Below are positions 37,601-50,006 of a DNA stretch of 64,000 nt, piece by piece (within the stretch, counting starts at the first letter, position 1; every line of letters starts with the position of its first letter). The notes under the pieces were generated by a model. That model was not told the origin of the DNA and searched no databases. It saw nothing but the letters and a program-made list of their open reading frames with translations. The translations under genes were made by a program, and so were the position numbers. Origin of the DNA: Selaginella moellendorffii (taxonomy: Eukaryota > Plantae > Lycopodiophyta); NCBI RefSeq assembly GCF_000143415.4, contig NW_003314334.1, forward strand, positions 186,001-250,000, given 5' to 3'.

Positions 37601-38033
37601 CGTCTCTGGTGCCATACCGTCGCTTTGGAGCTATTACCGTTGGAAATGGCGGTGCTGTGGCAACAGAGCCAGAGAGTAGCTTGACGTCCACATCTTCCTC
37701 CATTTTTACTTTGCCCGGAGCACTGATATCACTGGCCTCTTCTTCGTCACTGGTCTCGGCGTTTTGGAAGCTCTCCTCTGATGGGTCCATCTTCTCAGAT
37801 CGATGCGATTCGACGGACTCGCCGTCGGAATGGCTGCCGCTAGCTGCATGGCGCGGATCGTGAGCTACAAGTGAAACAAACAGAAATTAACTCACCATCG
37901 TCTTCTGCACGATAATCTTCATCCTCGCTCTCGCTCCATGCTGCCAGGACAAGCACGCCGATTCATTGCTGTGGACGAGGAAAGGGGGCGACACCATACC
38001 TTGCCTCTTGCTGCCCCTTTTGCCGCCCGCCAT
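34686..38033 (-). CDS. RAD16-like: RAD16-like SNF2 helicase with RING domain (At1g05120 type), multi-exon
   Basis: [15 protein letters not shown], zinc-finger-like insertion [59 protein letters not shown]. Small first exons give [18 protein letters not shown]. Confidence 0.9.
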
Positions 38034-38370
38034 CGCCGCTTCGCCCTAGCAACCCTAAGGCTCCCAGTTTTTTGGCGCGAGATTTTATGTCCGGCCGCTA
38101 CAAAGCTTCGCACACAAGACCCTCTGCTTTTAGGTGGATAATTTAAGCAAGATTCCCTGCCACGTTTGCCCTTAGGGTTTGCAAATTATTATTAACAACT
38201 CGTTGAACCGTCGATAAGCAAAATCTTGCAAATCGTGGCGGCGAAGAAAAGAAAAAAATTCACAGCAACAGTACCAGATTTTCTTCCCCGACCCCGATCG
38301 ATCGATCGATAGATCTAGCGAGCTCGTGGATCTCCCCGATCGATCGATAGATATAATTTTAGCTCATGGA

Positions 38371-38964
38371 TCACGAACTTGATAGTTGTGGATGCGGTGG
38401 AGAGTATGATCCAGGGGACGATGGCGACAACGAGGAGGACGTGGATGCTTGAGCTATGCTCCTGGGACCAAATCCCTGCTCGATCGATCTCGCCAGCGAC
38501 GCCGCCCGCCGGTGCTCAATGTATTTCTTCGTCTTGCACACGTAGAGCACCAGCGCCCCGATCGAAGCCACAAAGAACACGATCACAACCACAATTGCGA
38601 TCTTCTCGCCTGGGCTGTGCGACACGACAGCGTCTCGAGTTGCATTCTGGACAACACCTGCGTGATCCGGAGAAGCCGCTGGTGCCGTGATTTCGAGATC
38701 ATCCGGAGATATCGTCTTCTCCAAGAACTTGGGACGAGATTCTGCTGGAGAGTTATGCTCTAGCGTTTGTCGCCTCCCTGTCGCCTGCTCCGATTTGATC
38801 AAACCAGGGATTTCCACTCCAAAGCTATGATCCTCATGATACCTGATGACATGTTTCGCTGGCAACAATCTATTGCCGCTGGCGACATTGGGTTCCAGCA
38901 CCAAAACCAGAAGAATCACAAGCACCACTGCCACATTCATGAGAAGTGAGCTTCTCCCAGCCAT
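38371..38964 (-). CDS. Orphan type I membrane protein (signal peptide, short ectodomain, one TM, Ser/Pro-rich tail), copy 1
   Basis: Intronless ORF from ATG 38964: hydrophobic N-terminus VAVVLVILLVLVL, TM IAIVVVIVFFVASIGALVLYVC, then basic KTKK. Intact in both copies. Confidence 0.7.
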   Translation of the reverse strand: MAGRSSLLMNVAVVLVILLVLVLEPNVASGNRLLPAKHVIRYHEDHSFGVEIPGLIKSEQATGRRQTLEHNSPAESRPKFLEKTISPDDLEITAPAASPDHAGVVQNATRDAVVSHSPGEKIAIVVVIVFFVASIGALVLYVCKTKKYIEHRRAASLARSIEQGFGPRSIAQASTSSSLSPSSPGSYSPPHPQLSSS

Positions 38965-39452
38965 AGCGTCCACAGAAAAAGTGCCACTATGTGATGGCAA
39001 TGTTGTGTGGCGATCAATTTAATGACCTCAAGGTTGATTAAATCAAGTAGCCTGGAAGCTGCAGTGGGACGCATTAGGAAACTTCTCATAGACGTGGAAA
39101 ATCCTCATGACTTCTTTAAGATTATTCTGAAATATTTGCTCGGAATTTAGTCAACCAGTGGGACATAGATCAGGTCAAAAGAGAAGAAAAACCTAGTTAA
39201 CAAGTTCGTTGAAAGATGCGTTTAATCCACAGGATGTGATCAACGTGATTTGCCTGTAATCGAGATGGGCCCAGACGATAAGCCAACACACGTAGGCATG
39301 AAGATTGCGTCCCGGGCTCTTACACGTAATTCCAGCATTGAAATCTCAGCAATGCATTCATGTGGTTCCATCCACTAGCAGATCTATCTGTGGCGGTCGC
39401 GTCCCTCAGCCATTGCGCGTTGTTCTTCATCGCTTGCGATTTCTCCGCTGGA

Positions 39453-40388
39453 ATGACAGAACGTTTTCACGCTCGCTATTGCTCTGCAACATCACCGTCA
39501 GCAATCCTCAGCAACGGTATACCTCAAAAGGTATTGTTCAAGTTCCAATGCGATTGGTGGTTCTAGAGCGAGCTTCTCCTCAATCAGAAGCACGAAACAC
39601 ATCCACAGTTCGTGCTCACCGGTGAGCAGGGCAGAAAGATTCATCCACTTCCAGTGCCGCTCTGCAACAACAGAGGCACCAATGAGCAGCGGCAGCAGCA
39701 GCAATACAGCAACAAGGAGCAAATCATGCAGCTCTACAAGTACCTTAGCTCCAGAGGCGGGATGATCGAGGAGGAGCTGGCATGTCGAACCTCGTCAAAT
39801 CATGCCCCGCACAACTCCACAAAGCAATACGCTACTGCACAGCGGACGAAGAAGGTAGGCACTTGGCATCGCTGTGTATCGCTGCTTGCGAGCCCATGCA
39901 GCACTTCGAGATGTGGATGGCGATCATACTCACGACTGACGACCTCCCATGCATGGACAATGCAAGGACGAGGAAAGGAAGGGCTGCGGCACACGTAGAG
40001 TTCGACGACACCACTGCTATCCTCGCGGCACAAGCACTTGCGGCACTGGCTTTCGGGAGGGTCGTGGACTCCACGCTCGTCTTGGCGGACAAGAGGCTGA
40101 GGCTGGTCAAGAAATTCTCTCTCTCAATGCAGAGGCTTGTGTATGGACAGTACGACGACGTCAAGAAGGGAGAGGTTGGAAACACTCGAGGAACCCAACG
40201 CCAAGAACACCAACAAGGCGAGCTCCTTCTTCGAGCTGCCGCTGGTAGCGACTATAGTCGGCGGCGCCGGCGAGGAGGAGATTGAGGGCCTGAGGAGATT
40301 TGGGCGATATTTTCGGCCTCATGTGGCAAGTGAACGACGATCTAAGCGACGCGACCATGACGGCGGAGGAGATGGGCAAGGCGAGTAG
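39453..40388 (+). pseudogene. Truncated GGPPS-like (trans-isoprenyl diphosphate synthase) pseudogene, copy 1
   Basis: CIAAC and DDLPCMD motifs, extra deletions relative to copy 2, the shared frameshift at ~40172-40181, and a cut at the duplication junction. Confidence 0.85.
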
Positions 40389-40427
40389 TGAATTTGCTCT
40401 CTAATCACAGGTAAAGTGAATCTAATT

Positions 40428-42910
40428 CTTTTGCCGCCCGCCATCGCCGCTTCGCCCTAGCAACCAAGTTTTTTGGCGCGAGATTTTATGTCCGCTTTTA
40501 GGTGGATAATTTTGCCACGTTTGCCCTTAGGGTTTGCAACATTATTATTAACAACTGTCGATAAGCAAAATCTTGCAAATCGTGGCGGCGAAGAAAAAGA
40601 AAAAAATTCACAGCAACAGTACCAGATTTTCTTCCCCGACCCCGATCGATCGATCGATCGATAGATCTAGCGAGCTCATGGATCTCCCCGATAGATATAA
40701 TTCTAGCCCATGGATCACGAATTTGATAGTTGTGGATGCGGTGGAGAGTATGATCCAGGGGACGATGGCGACAACGAGGAGGACGTGGATGCTTGAGCTA
40801 TGCTCCTGGGACCAAATCCCTGCTCGATCGATCTCGCCAGCGACGCCGCCCGCCGGTGCTCAATGTATTTCTTCGTCTTGCACACGTAGAGCACCAGCGC
40901 CCCAATCGAAGCCACGAAGAACACGATCACAACCACAATTGCGATCTTCTCGCCTGGGCTGTGCGACACGACAGCGTCTACAGTTGCATTCTGGACAACA
41001 CCTGCGTGATCCGGAGAAGCCGCTGGTGCCGTGATTTCGAGATCATCCGGAGATATCGTCTTCTCCAAGAACTTGGGACGAGATTCTGCTGGAGAGTTAT
41101 GCTCTAGCGTTTGTCGCCTGGGCGATGCAAACGCTGTCGCCTGCTCCGATTTGATCAAACCAGGGATTTCCACTCCAAAGCTATGATCCTCATGATACCT
41201 GATGACAAGTTTCGCTGGCAACAATCTATTGCCGCTGGCGACATTGGGTTCCAGCACCAAAACCAAAAGAATCACAAGCGCCACTGCCACATTCATGAGA
41301 AGTGAGCTTCTCCCAGCCATAGCGTCCACAGAAAAAGTGGCACTATGTGATGACAATGTTGTGTGGCGATCAATTTTCTGACCTCAACGTTGATTTAAAT
41401 CAAGTAGCCCGGAAACTAGCGAAAAACCATGGAACCTGCAGTGGGACTCATTAGGAAACTTCTACCGTTCAACAGCATAGACGTGGAAAACTTTCTTTAA
41501 GTATTCTGAAATATTTGCTCGAAATTTTTAGCAACTGGTGAGATAGTGGGTCATAGATCCGGTCAACCCAACACATTCGGGAAAAAAGAGAGAAAAACCT
41601 TGCTTTAGTTTAAAGTTTCCTTGCAGGTGGAAGGTCGGGTCCAAACAAACTCTGACCTGCAAGCGCTAGTTCACAAGTTCGTCATCCTGGATGCGTTTAA
41701 TCCACAGGATGTGATCAACGTGATTTGCCTGTAACCGAGATGGCCCCAGACAATAAACCAACACACGCAGGCATGAAGATAGCGTCCCGGGCTCTTACAC
41801 GTAATTCCAGCGTTGAAAGCTCGGCAATGCATTCATGTGGTTCCATCCACTAGCAGATCTATCTGTGGCGGTCGCGTCCCTCAGCCATTGCGCGTTGTTC
41901 TTCATCGCTTGCGATTTCTCCGCTGGAATGACAGAACGTTTTCACGCTCGCTATTGCTCTGCAACATCACCGTCAGCAATCCTCAGCAACGGTATACCTC
42001 AAAAGGTATTGTTCAAGTTCCAATGCGATTGGTGGTTCTAGAGCGAGCTTCTCCTCAATCAGAAGCACGAAACACATCCAAAGTTCGTGCTCACCGGTGA
42101 GCAGAGCAGAAAAATTCATCCACTTCCAGTGCCGCTCTGCAACAACAGAGGCACCATTGAGCAGCAGCAGCAGCAGCAGCAATACAGCAAACAAGGAGCA
42201 AATCATGCAGCTCTACAAGTACCTTAGCTCCAGAGGCGAGATGATCGAGGAGGAGCTGGACAAAATCATGTCGAACCTCGTCAAATCATGCCCGGCACAA
42301 CTCCACAAAGCAATACGCTACTGCACAGCGGACGAAGAAGGTAGGCACTTGGCATCGCTGTGTATCGCTGCTTGCGAGCTGGTGGGAGGAGACCGCCACG
42401 CAGCACTTCCAATGGCTTGCACCATCGAGATGTGGATGGCGATCATACTCACGACTGACGACCTCCCATGCATGGACAATGCAAGGACGAGGAAAGGAAG
42501 GGCTGCGGCACACGTAGAGTTCAACGACACCACTGCTATCCTCGCGGCACAAGCACTTGCGGCACTGGCTTTCGGGACGGTCGTGGACTCCACGCTCGTC
42601 TCGGCGGACAAGAGGCTGAGGCTGGTCAAGGAATTCTCTCTCTCAATGCAGAGGCTTGTGTATGGACAGTACGACGACGTCAAGAAGGGAGAGGTTGGAA
42701 ACACTCGAGGAACTCAACGCCAAGAACACCAACAAGACGAGCTCCTTCTTCGAGCTGCCGCTGGTAGCGGGGGCTATAGTCGGCGGCGCCGGCGAGGAGG
42801 AGATTGAGGGCCTGAGGAGATTTGGGCGATATTTCGGCCTCATGTGGCAAGTGAACGACGATCTAAGCGACGCGACCATGACGGCGGAGGAGATGGGCAA
42901 GGACGCGAGT
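40428..42910. repeat. Tandem segmental duplication, unit 2
   Basis: Follows a 39-bp non-homologous filler (40389-40427). Repeats the RAD16-like ATG/promoter piece, the membrane-protein gene and the GGPPS-like gene. Confidence 0.93.
40715..41320 (-). CDS. Orphan type I membrane protein, copy 2
   Basis: Near-identical to copy 1, with a 4-codon in-frame indel (ATAFASPRR vs ATGRR). Confidence 0.7.
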   Translation of the reverse strand: MAGRSSLLMNVAVALVILLVLVLEPNVASGNRLLPAKLVIRYHEDHSFGVEIPGLIKSEQATAFASPRRQTLEHNSPAESRPKFLEKTISPDDLEITAPAASPDHAGVVQNATVDAVVSHSPGEKIAIVVVIVFFVASIGALVLYVCKTKKYIEHRRAASLARSIEQGFGPRSIAQASTSSSLSPSSPGSYSPPHPQLSNS

Positions 42911-43120
42911 AATGACGCCAAGAATCGCATGACAACATACTTGACGCTGCTGGGAGCCAAGAGGAGCGCGCAGCTGCGAGACGAGCTTGCGAATCGAGCC
43001 CAGGAGGCGCTGCTCCAGCGCTTCCCCGCCAAGAATGTGAAGATCCTGCTAGGAATCGTGGAGGCGACACGCCGATTTGGCTCGATCTACAAGAACTCTC
43101 AGCTCCTTTCCAAAATCTAA
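41928..43120 (+). pseudogene. Divergent GGPPS-like gene, copy 2; full length but frameshifted
   Basis: Transit-peptide-like N-terminus, LCIAACELVGG, FARM TTDDLPCMD, R-KG, GQYDD. A +1 frameshift at ~42691-42700 leads to LETLE..KT..GAIVGG..GLMWQVNDDLSD..GKD..TY. A second apparent frame break lies near 42001-42006, and the start is uncertain. Confidence 0.8.
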
Positions 43121-43178
43121 AATATCTATTCTAGGCTAAAGTATCGCAACCGTTGGAAAAATGTATACGGCTAGGGTC

Positions 43179-46100
43179 CTAGCTTGCTGGCTTGTGGCGA
43201 TGGAGCTTGACCAGCGTAGCGTAGGCGCCATTGGGCTTTGTGATGAGCTCCTCGTGGCTGCCCTGTTCCACAATCCCTCCATTCTTCACCACCGCAATCA
43301 TGTCCACGCCCACAATCGTGGACAATCGATGCGCCACAACCACGCTCGTCTTGCCCACCATGATCCGATCCAGCGCTTCCTGGACCAGCCTCTCCGACTC
43401 TGCATCCAGCGCGCTCGTTGCCTCGTCCAGGAGTAAGATCTTGGGCTCCTTGAGCACCGCCCTCGCGATCGCGATCCGCTGCTTCTGCCCGCCCGAGAGC
43501 TGGATTCCCCTCTCCCCGACCTCGGTCTCGTATCCTCCCGGCATCGCGGAGATGAAGCTGTGCGCGTTGGCGGCCTTGGCGGCCGCGGTGATCTCTTCCT
43601 CGCTCACGGGCGCGCCGCTCTCTTTCCCATACGCGATGTTGGACCGGATGCTGCCGCTAAACAGTGTGGGCTCTTGGCTGACCAGGGCGATGTTTTGTCG
43701 GAGCCAGCGTAGCTTGAGCGATCGAATGTCAACGCCATCGATGAGAATGCTGCCCGAATCTGGGTCGTAGAACCTCTCCAGTAGCGAGATGACTGTGGAC
43801 TTGCCGCTTCCACTCTCGCCGACCAGCGCCATGGTCTGCGCAACACAGAAAACAGACCGGGAAATTTCAAATTCGAAAATTTAAAAGGGAGACGTACCTT
43901 GCCCGCGGGGATGGAGAAGCTCAAGTTTCGGAAGATCTCCGCCTCGTGCCGCGCTGGATAGCGGAATCTCACGTTCCGGAACTCGATGTCTCCGCGAGTC
44001 GATTCCAGCGTCTTGCCTTCCTCGTTGGAAGGATCTATCTTTGATTTCCTGTCCAGAGTCGCGAAGATCGAGTTCACTCCCGCTTTCACCTTTGCAAAGT
44101 CGGGGGCGAGCGACACTCCCTGAGCTATGCCGAATGCGCTCATCGTGATCGCAAAGAACACCTGGAGGATCACGAAGTAAGATCAACCATGCAAGCCTCT
44201 CAAAGTGCTTACCTTAAACACGTTTTGGAAGCTTGTTTTGCCCTCCCTGACAAGACGAGCTCCAAACCAAAAGCTGAAGGCATAGGCTGCGAACATAACG
44301 AAGCTCGAAAGGCCGAGACCGATTCCACTCACAACTCCGTTGCGAATCCCGTTCCTGGTTGGGATGGAGCACTTTGTTTTGTAAAGCTCCAGCATTTTAG
44401 CTTCGAGGCAGTAAGAGCTCACAGTACGAATGCTGCTCACTGCATCGTTTGCGATTTTTGTGGCCTCTTCATACATGACCTGTGCGTGCATACAAGGAGG
44501 ATGTAAGCAAAACATTGATCGAGAAAAACATAAAACGAAGGTGGAAAACTTACCTTCGCATCTTTGCTGAAACCGATCATCATCTTGGTCTGGACTACGC
44601 CTTGAGCTCCGAGTAGTGGAATAAGTGCCAAGACAACAAGTGACAATATCCAGTTTGCAGTGAACGCGATGACGAGCCCTGCAATGAGTGACGCCAGATT
44701 TTGCAGCAGCAGCGACAAGGAATCGCCAACCATGCTCTTGACATGAGCAGCATCTACTGAGAGCCGGGAACTGATTGCTCCACTAGAAAAAAGGAAAGAA
44801 AAACCTTAGAAAAACTTTCGAAATAGAGCTAGTCAAAGCTACCTTGAATTGGACGGATCGTCAAACCAGGCAATCTCCTGACGAACGACGGACTCGAACG
44901 ATCTCTTCCGGACTCGTCGAATGAGTCTCTGGCCGATGAATCCGAAGGCGCTGAGTTGTATGGGAGAGATGATCAAGCACGCGGAAGCTTGTACCAGGAA
45001 CATGCTCGCCCAGAAGTTGGCGTCGTGTCTCAGCTTGTGCCGGTTCGTGCTGTACAAAACTCCGAAAATGTTGGACAGAAGCAGGCCGAAGACCGGAAAC
45101 ACCACACCGTTTGCAGTGGAAGCAAGAGCTCCAACGATGAAAACCGGTGTTTCTGGCTTGTTCATAGCTGCGAGGCGAAGAAAGTTGTTCCGGGTTACTC
45201 CTGTTTTTCCGTCGCTCTTGTCGGCCTGCTCTGGATCGACACTCGCCGTTCTAGTCAAGGAGAACGAACTTCGAGTTACGTTGCGTTTGCTTCCAAACGA
45301 TCCACGGCTGCTACTCCTGCTCAGCCTTCGTTCATCCAGCTCTTGATCGATTACTACCACCTCGTCTGGATCGATTGCTTGAGCAGCGCTCAAGCTCTGG
45401 TTTGACTTCACCTCGTGCATTTCTTGGAGACGAACTAGTTGTTCGTAAGCTCCATCTGGCCTCTGAATAAGTTCCGAGTGTGTCCCTGCAAAGATACGAG
45501 CGTGACTTGGATGATCTAGAGGAGTTTCAAAAGGTGTAGATTTACCTTTCTCCACAATGCTTCCTCTTTGAACAACAGCGATGCAGTCTGCGTTTTTGAT
45601 CGTGGAAAGCCTGTGAGCGACGATCACTGTTGTCCTGTTCACCATGATCCGGTCCAATGCTTCCTGCACCACTCGCTCCGACTCGGCATCCAAAGCGCTG
45701 GTTGCCTCGTCCAGCAGAAGAATGCGAGGATTTTTTAGTATAGCTCTAGCGATGGCCACCCTTTGCTTCTGTCCGCCAGAAAGCTGAGTCCCGTGCTCTC
45801 CAACTTGTGTGTCGAATCCCTTAAAGGTTGGACGCAAACAAAAGATAACTATGGAACTTTCCATGAAAACTTTGAAAGCATTTACCTTTGGCATCTTGCT
45901 GATAAACTTCGCAGCGTTCGCAAGGCGAGCAGCTTCCATAATCTCCTCCTCAGTCGCTCCCTCTCTGCCATAAGCAATGTTCTCTCTGATGGAGGTTGCA
46001 AACAAAACCGGTTCCTGGCTGACGAGTCCGATCTGTTGGCGTAGCCACTTCGGCTGGAGCTTCCGGATGTCGACACCATCGATCAAAACCTCGCCAGCCT

Positions 46101-47728
46101 GAGGATCATAAAACCTCTCGATCAAGCTTATCACCGTCGACTTGCCGCTGCCACTCTCCCCGACCAAAGCAACTGTTGTCCCAGACGGGATTTCCAGATT
46201 GAAGCTCGTAAACACCGGGACATCTGGACGTGTGGGATACGAAAAGGTGACGTCCCGAAGCTCGATATCGCCCTTCACACTCTCTAGTGTTTGTCCGCTC
46301 ATGTCAAAGGCATCAATCAGAGGGACTCGACGAATGACTTCGAACATCTTGTAAGCTGCAGCTCTTCCGGATGCTATCGCAGTAATACTGGGTGAAGTTT
46401 GTCCCAAAGACCTGAGAAAAGAGAAAGGTTTGCTGCTTCTGAAACGTTCTAAAACACTTACATGCCTCCGGTGAGCACAGCAAACAAGACACTGATGACA
46501 TCTCCACCCGAGTATCCACCGTTTAAAACCAGCTTTGATCCGTACCACAGCGCTAGACCATAGCTGGAAAACATGGTGAACAGCGTGAAACCAAGGCCAG
46601 CTCCCGATGCGACTCCTTCAAAAACTCCAGCTTTGTACGCTTTCGTAAGTGCTGTCTCGTAGTCAGCCATGGACTTACGCTCGCCAGTAAACGAAGCCAC
46701 CTGTAAAAAAAGTCGTGAAATTCGTGCTGGCCTGGAAGTTTCATCTTGGACCTTCTGGTGCAAAGAAAAAACACTTACAGTTCTGATGCCTCCAGTGACT
46801 TGTTCCACCACAACTGCCGCCTCGGCGTAAGCTTTCTGGCCTCGACTCGCCATTTTGGACATGAGATTGGCCATCATCCCTCCAGCAAAAACGAGCAGAG
46901 GCATCACGGACATCATCACTAGCGTGAGCTTCCAGCCTTTGATGAAGGCAATTACAAAACCACCAAAGAAAGCGGTGGTGAATTGGATGAGCTTCGACAC
47001 CTGCGAGAAAGAAGAGCGCTCACACATTTCCATCCCGAAGTTTCTCGAGTTTTTCTGTACCTTTTCACCCATTGCATCTTGTATGAGGATTGTATCTCCG
47101 GACATTCGACCGATCACTTCTCCCGTCTTGGTTTCTTTGTCAAAAAAGGAGATGTCTTGTCGCAGAATGGCTTTGAGATACAAGTTTCGAATCCTCGCGG
47201 CTTGTCTCTCTCCGGTGCACATCCAGCACGCAAGTTCTGTAAAACCGCCGCACGATCACACTGCGTACAAAAAAACGTGGAAATAATACTTACGAAACAA
47301 AGATCCAATAGAAGCCACGATCCCGAGATACACAAACCTTAACGACACCTGATTCAGTCCATCGAGAAACTTAGAAACAGAGTAAAATATTCCGCTTCTC
47401 CTTCTTTTCTTTTTTTTCTTTCTTTTTCTTTTTTTTCTTCTTCTCGATCGAGAATGAATGACTTTACCTTGGAGACTTCCCTGGAGAGGCGATCCACATC
47501 GCTCACGTTCTGCCCAAACGAATCCGTCAGCTCGCCGAAGACAATCGCCATGAGCGGCATCGTCATTCCGTTTGCCACAGCGCCGACAGTTCCCAGCACC
47601 ATGAGGAGGACATCCATCCAATCCGCGAAGCTGAAGAGCTTGAAAATGGGGACAACTTGAGTCGCGGACTGATCATCTTGCACTGCTGCTGCTGCTGCGT
47701 TCGATCCAGCGACATCCTTTTCTACCAT
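43179..47728 (-). CDS. ABCB: Full-size ABCB (P-glycoprotein/MDR) transporter, ABCB4/11/21-like, multi-exon
   Basis: [17 protein letters not shown], and two NBDs each with [17 protein letters not shown] and [11 protein letters not shown]; TMD-NBD-TMD-NBD order. Confidence 0.95.
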
Positions 47729-49199
47729 TCTCGAGCTCGAGCTCGAAAAAACAGAGGAGGACAAAGTGGAGCTCTATGTACCTGGGAGTGGGAGCGACCT
47801 TTATTGGAAGAAGAAAGCTTAAGCGCCAAGAAAAATACCTAGGCAGCTACTACCATGCTGTTCCGGTCAAGGTTCGGGACCCAAAAACGACAGCGCCCAT
47901 GCGTTAAACTATGCATTTCATGCTCATTTCCAAGTCGGTTCCTTGGAAATATCTAATTGTAGTATATTGTACCTGCTTAGGCCAAAGCATTAAAAGTTAA
48001 AGAAAGACATGGGCTATTTAACATCAGAGCTTCTAGCTTCATCCAGCAAAAATGGAGCAATACTCTGTGGCTACCATATTGCCCCCACCACCACAGCTTC
48101 TATCAAAGGCAAAATGTGTAAATGCTTTATTTTCTTGATGGAAGCTGATTTGATATGACTATACTTTTTATAAAGATGTTATGTTTTCACCAGCAGAAGA
48201 ATGGAAATTTTAAAGGTATAAAGTTGTTCATATTCTTGTGGTTCTGTACTAGCCTCATATGAAGAAAATCCAAGACAATACAAAGATGTGCAAATTTTAA
48301 GTTGTGACATAGTTTGATCGAGCATGGCTGTATGCCTTGCCACTTAGAACGCTTAATAGCAAAAAACCAGCATTTGCCCTAATATAACAATTGGTATACT
48401 TATGAATACACTTTATTTGTTGGATAAGATAATAAGAGTGGCAATATCATACATTTTGACACTTTTTTATATAGAGAGGTGGTAGTCACCGAAGATTCAT
48501 GTGTGTGGTTCAGCTACAATTGCCTCACTATAAATGAAATTATCCAAGTATTTAATAAAATATTATAATTTAGAAGACATAACAGGCTCAAATTATAATT
48601 TATAATCACAAGATCAATCTAAATGAATATTAACCATTAAATGATTAAAATATACTAAAATATCTGAGCATATTCTAGGTATTATCCACTACCAGCTAAC
48701 ATGTTAAATATTAAAATAATTTGCTATTGTAAGGTCCAAGTGTACAATTAAAATACCATAAACTAATATTAATAGCTATACAATCTTAGTGTAATTTTAA
48801 TAGCCATCAAATTGGTTTCAATCAAACCACTCACTCTTATATATAAACTAGGATTTTTGAGCTAATTGATATGCACATTTCTATATTTCATTTATATATT
48901 TTATACACATATTGGTGAAGATGAAGGGCAATTTTAATTGTCCCTGAAGAGTTTTTTTTATTTGGGATTTTGGTTTAAATCTAACTTTGCATCAATTAGA
49001 TCTTATTTTCCTTACAATTTTCTTTCTTTTTTTTCCTTTTTTTTCCTTTTTCCTTTTTCATTCATCTTCATGGTAGAGTAGTAACCTCCTTCTCTTTTAA
49101 CTCTAAAGTAGTAATTGGTGCAATTGCTAAATGCTATACAAAACAATTAGACTCAATTGATGATGGCATTTATGACATGTGGTACAACTCTTCTTGCTT

Positions 49200-50006
49200 T
49201 TGTTGCCAATCTTACATTTGGTCAGAGTTCTTTTGTGGAAATCCTAGCATTAATTCAATCACTTTACAATGATTGTTATATATTATTCTTGGGATGATGC
49301 TTAGTGTTTACATGAGTTTCTTATGTGTTTTCAAAGGACGGTATTGTAGTAATATAATGGTTTGAGTTCAACCACTTATGCAGATTAGAGCATTCTCCCA
49401 GGCCCCTTCATATGTGCATTTGGACATATTAATAATTGTAATAGTGCCTTCCAACAATTGTATTGTTTTTGTTAAGAGCCATATGAGATATTGATGTAAT
49501 TTGTCATTCATTTCCAAAGCCTTTTGCATCATGCAGAGCTAAATATATAGAAGTGGATTAAGTTGAGAATATTGTGGACAACACTTCATCAATATCTTGT
49601 AAGATTTATATATGCACTTACTTTAACCACCTTTGATGATGCTTTTCACATAGCACGACATTAACATCTTCCATTTTTCGTTGTACATCCTTTAGCTCCA
49701 CTTCTTATGGGAGGCATTACTAGGCATGTAATAAGGTTGGTCACACGTATTAATGTTATTGGCATTTTCCGGATTGGCATTCTCAATTTCCTAATTGGAG
49801 ACTTTAGTGTCAATAACGTCCTTTTCATGCTCAATTTCCTAATTGGAGACTTTAGTGTCAATAACGTCCTTTTCATGCTATTACAGTAGAAGGTCTAGAC
49901 ACCAAAATGTTTCCAAGAAACGAGGAGTTGCGTGAGTAATTGACAGTCTTTACACAAATAAGTTGGTGACCCCTCCCTTCTTTTGAGAGTATCATCAAAG
50001 GGGTTT
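49200..50006 (+). mobile_element. AT-rich, heavily decayed retroelement remnant (probable gag of the oldest Ty3/Gypsy layer)
   Basis: Weak gag-like remnant (LTTFDDAFHIAR) that continues after the nested insertion as protease/RT remnants. Boundaries are approximate. Confidence 0.4.
49782..49877. repeat. Perfect 48-bp tandem duplication
   Basis: CTCAATTTCCTAATTGGAGACTTTAGTGTCAATAACGTCCTTTTCATG twice. Confidence 0.95.

Larger units (their letters stand above)
38017..40388. repeat. Tandem segmental duplication, unit 1
   Basis: Starts CTTTTGCCGCCCGCCATCG inside RAD16-like exon 1, is colinear with 40428-42910, and ends truncated within the GGPPS-like sequence. Confidence 0.93.

Noticed and set aside
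37865-37895. Apparent 31-nt intron in the RAD16-like gene
   Set aside because: An in-phase acceptor 21 nt further on gives a normal 52-nt intron; the ultra-short version cannot be supported without cDNA.
38295-40665. (GATC)n palindromic runs at ~38295-38348 and ~40643-40662
   Set aside because: Simple tetranucleotide microsatellites copied with the duplication.
42685-42705. Programmed ribosomal frameshift explaining the shared GGPPS-like frame break
   Set aside because: No slippery heptamer or known +1 signal; a mutation predating the duplication is simpler.
38371-47728. A full terpenoid biosynthetic gene cluster
   Set aside because: Only frameshifted GGPPS-like genes and a generic ABCB transporter are present; no terpene synthase, P450 or other tailoring enzyme in the window.
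49782-49877. CRISPR-like reading of the 48-bp repeat or of the LTR G-box repeats
   Set aside because: Adjacent copies with no unique spacers, no cas genes, and a eukaryotic context.
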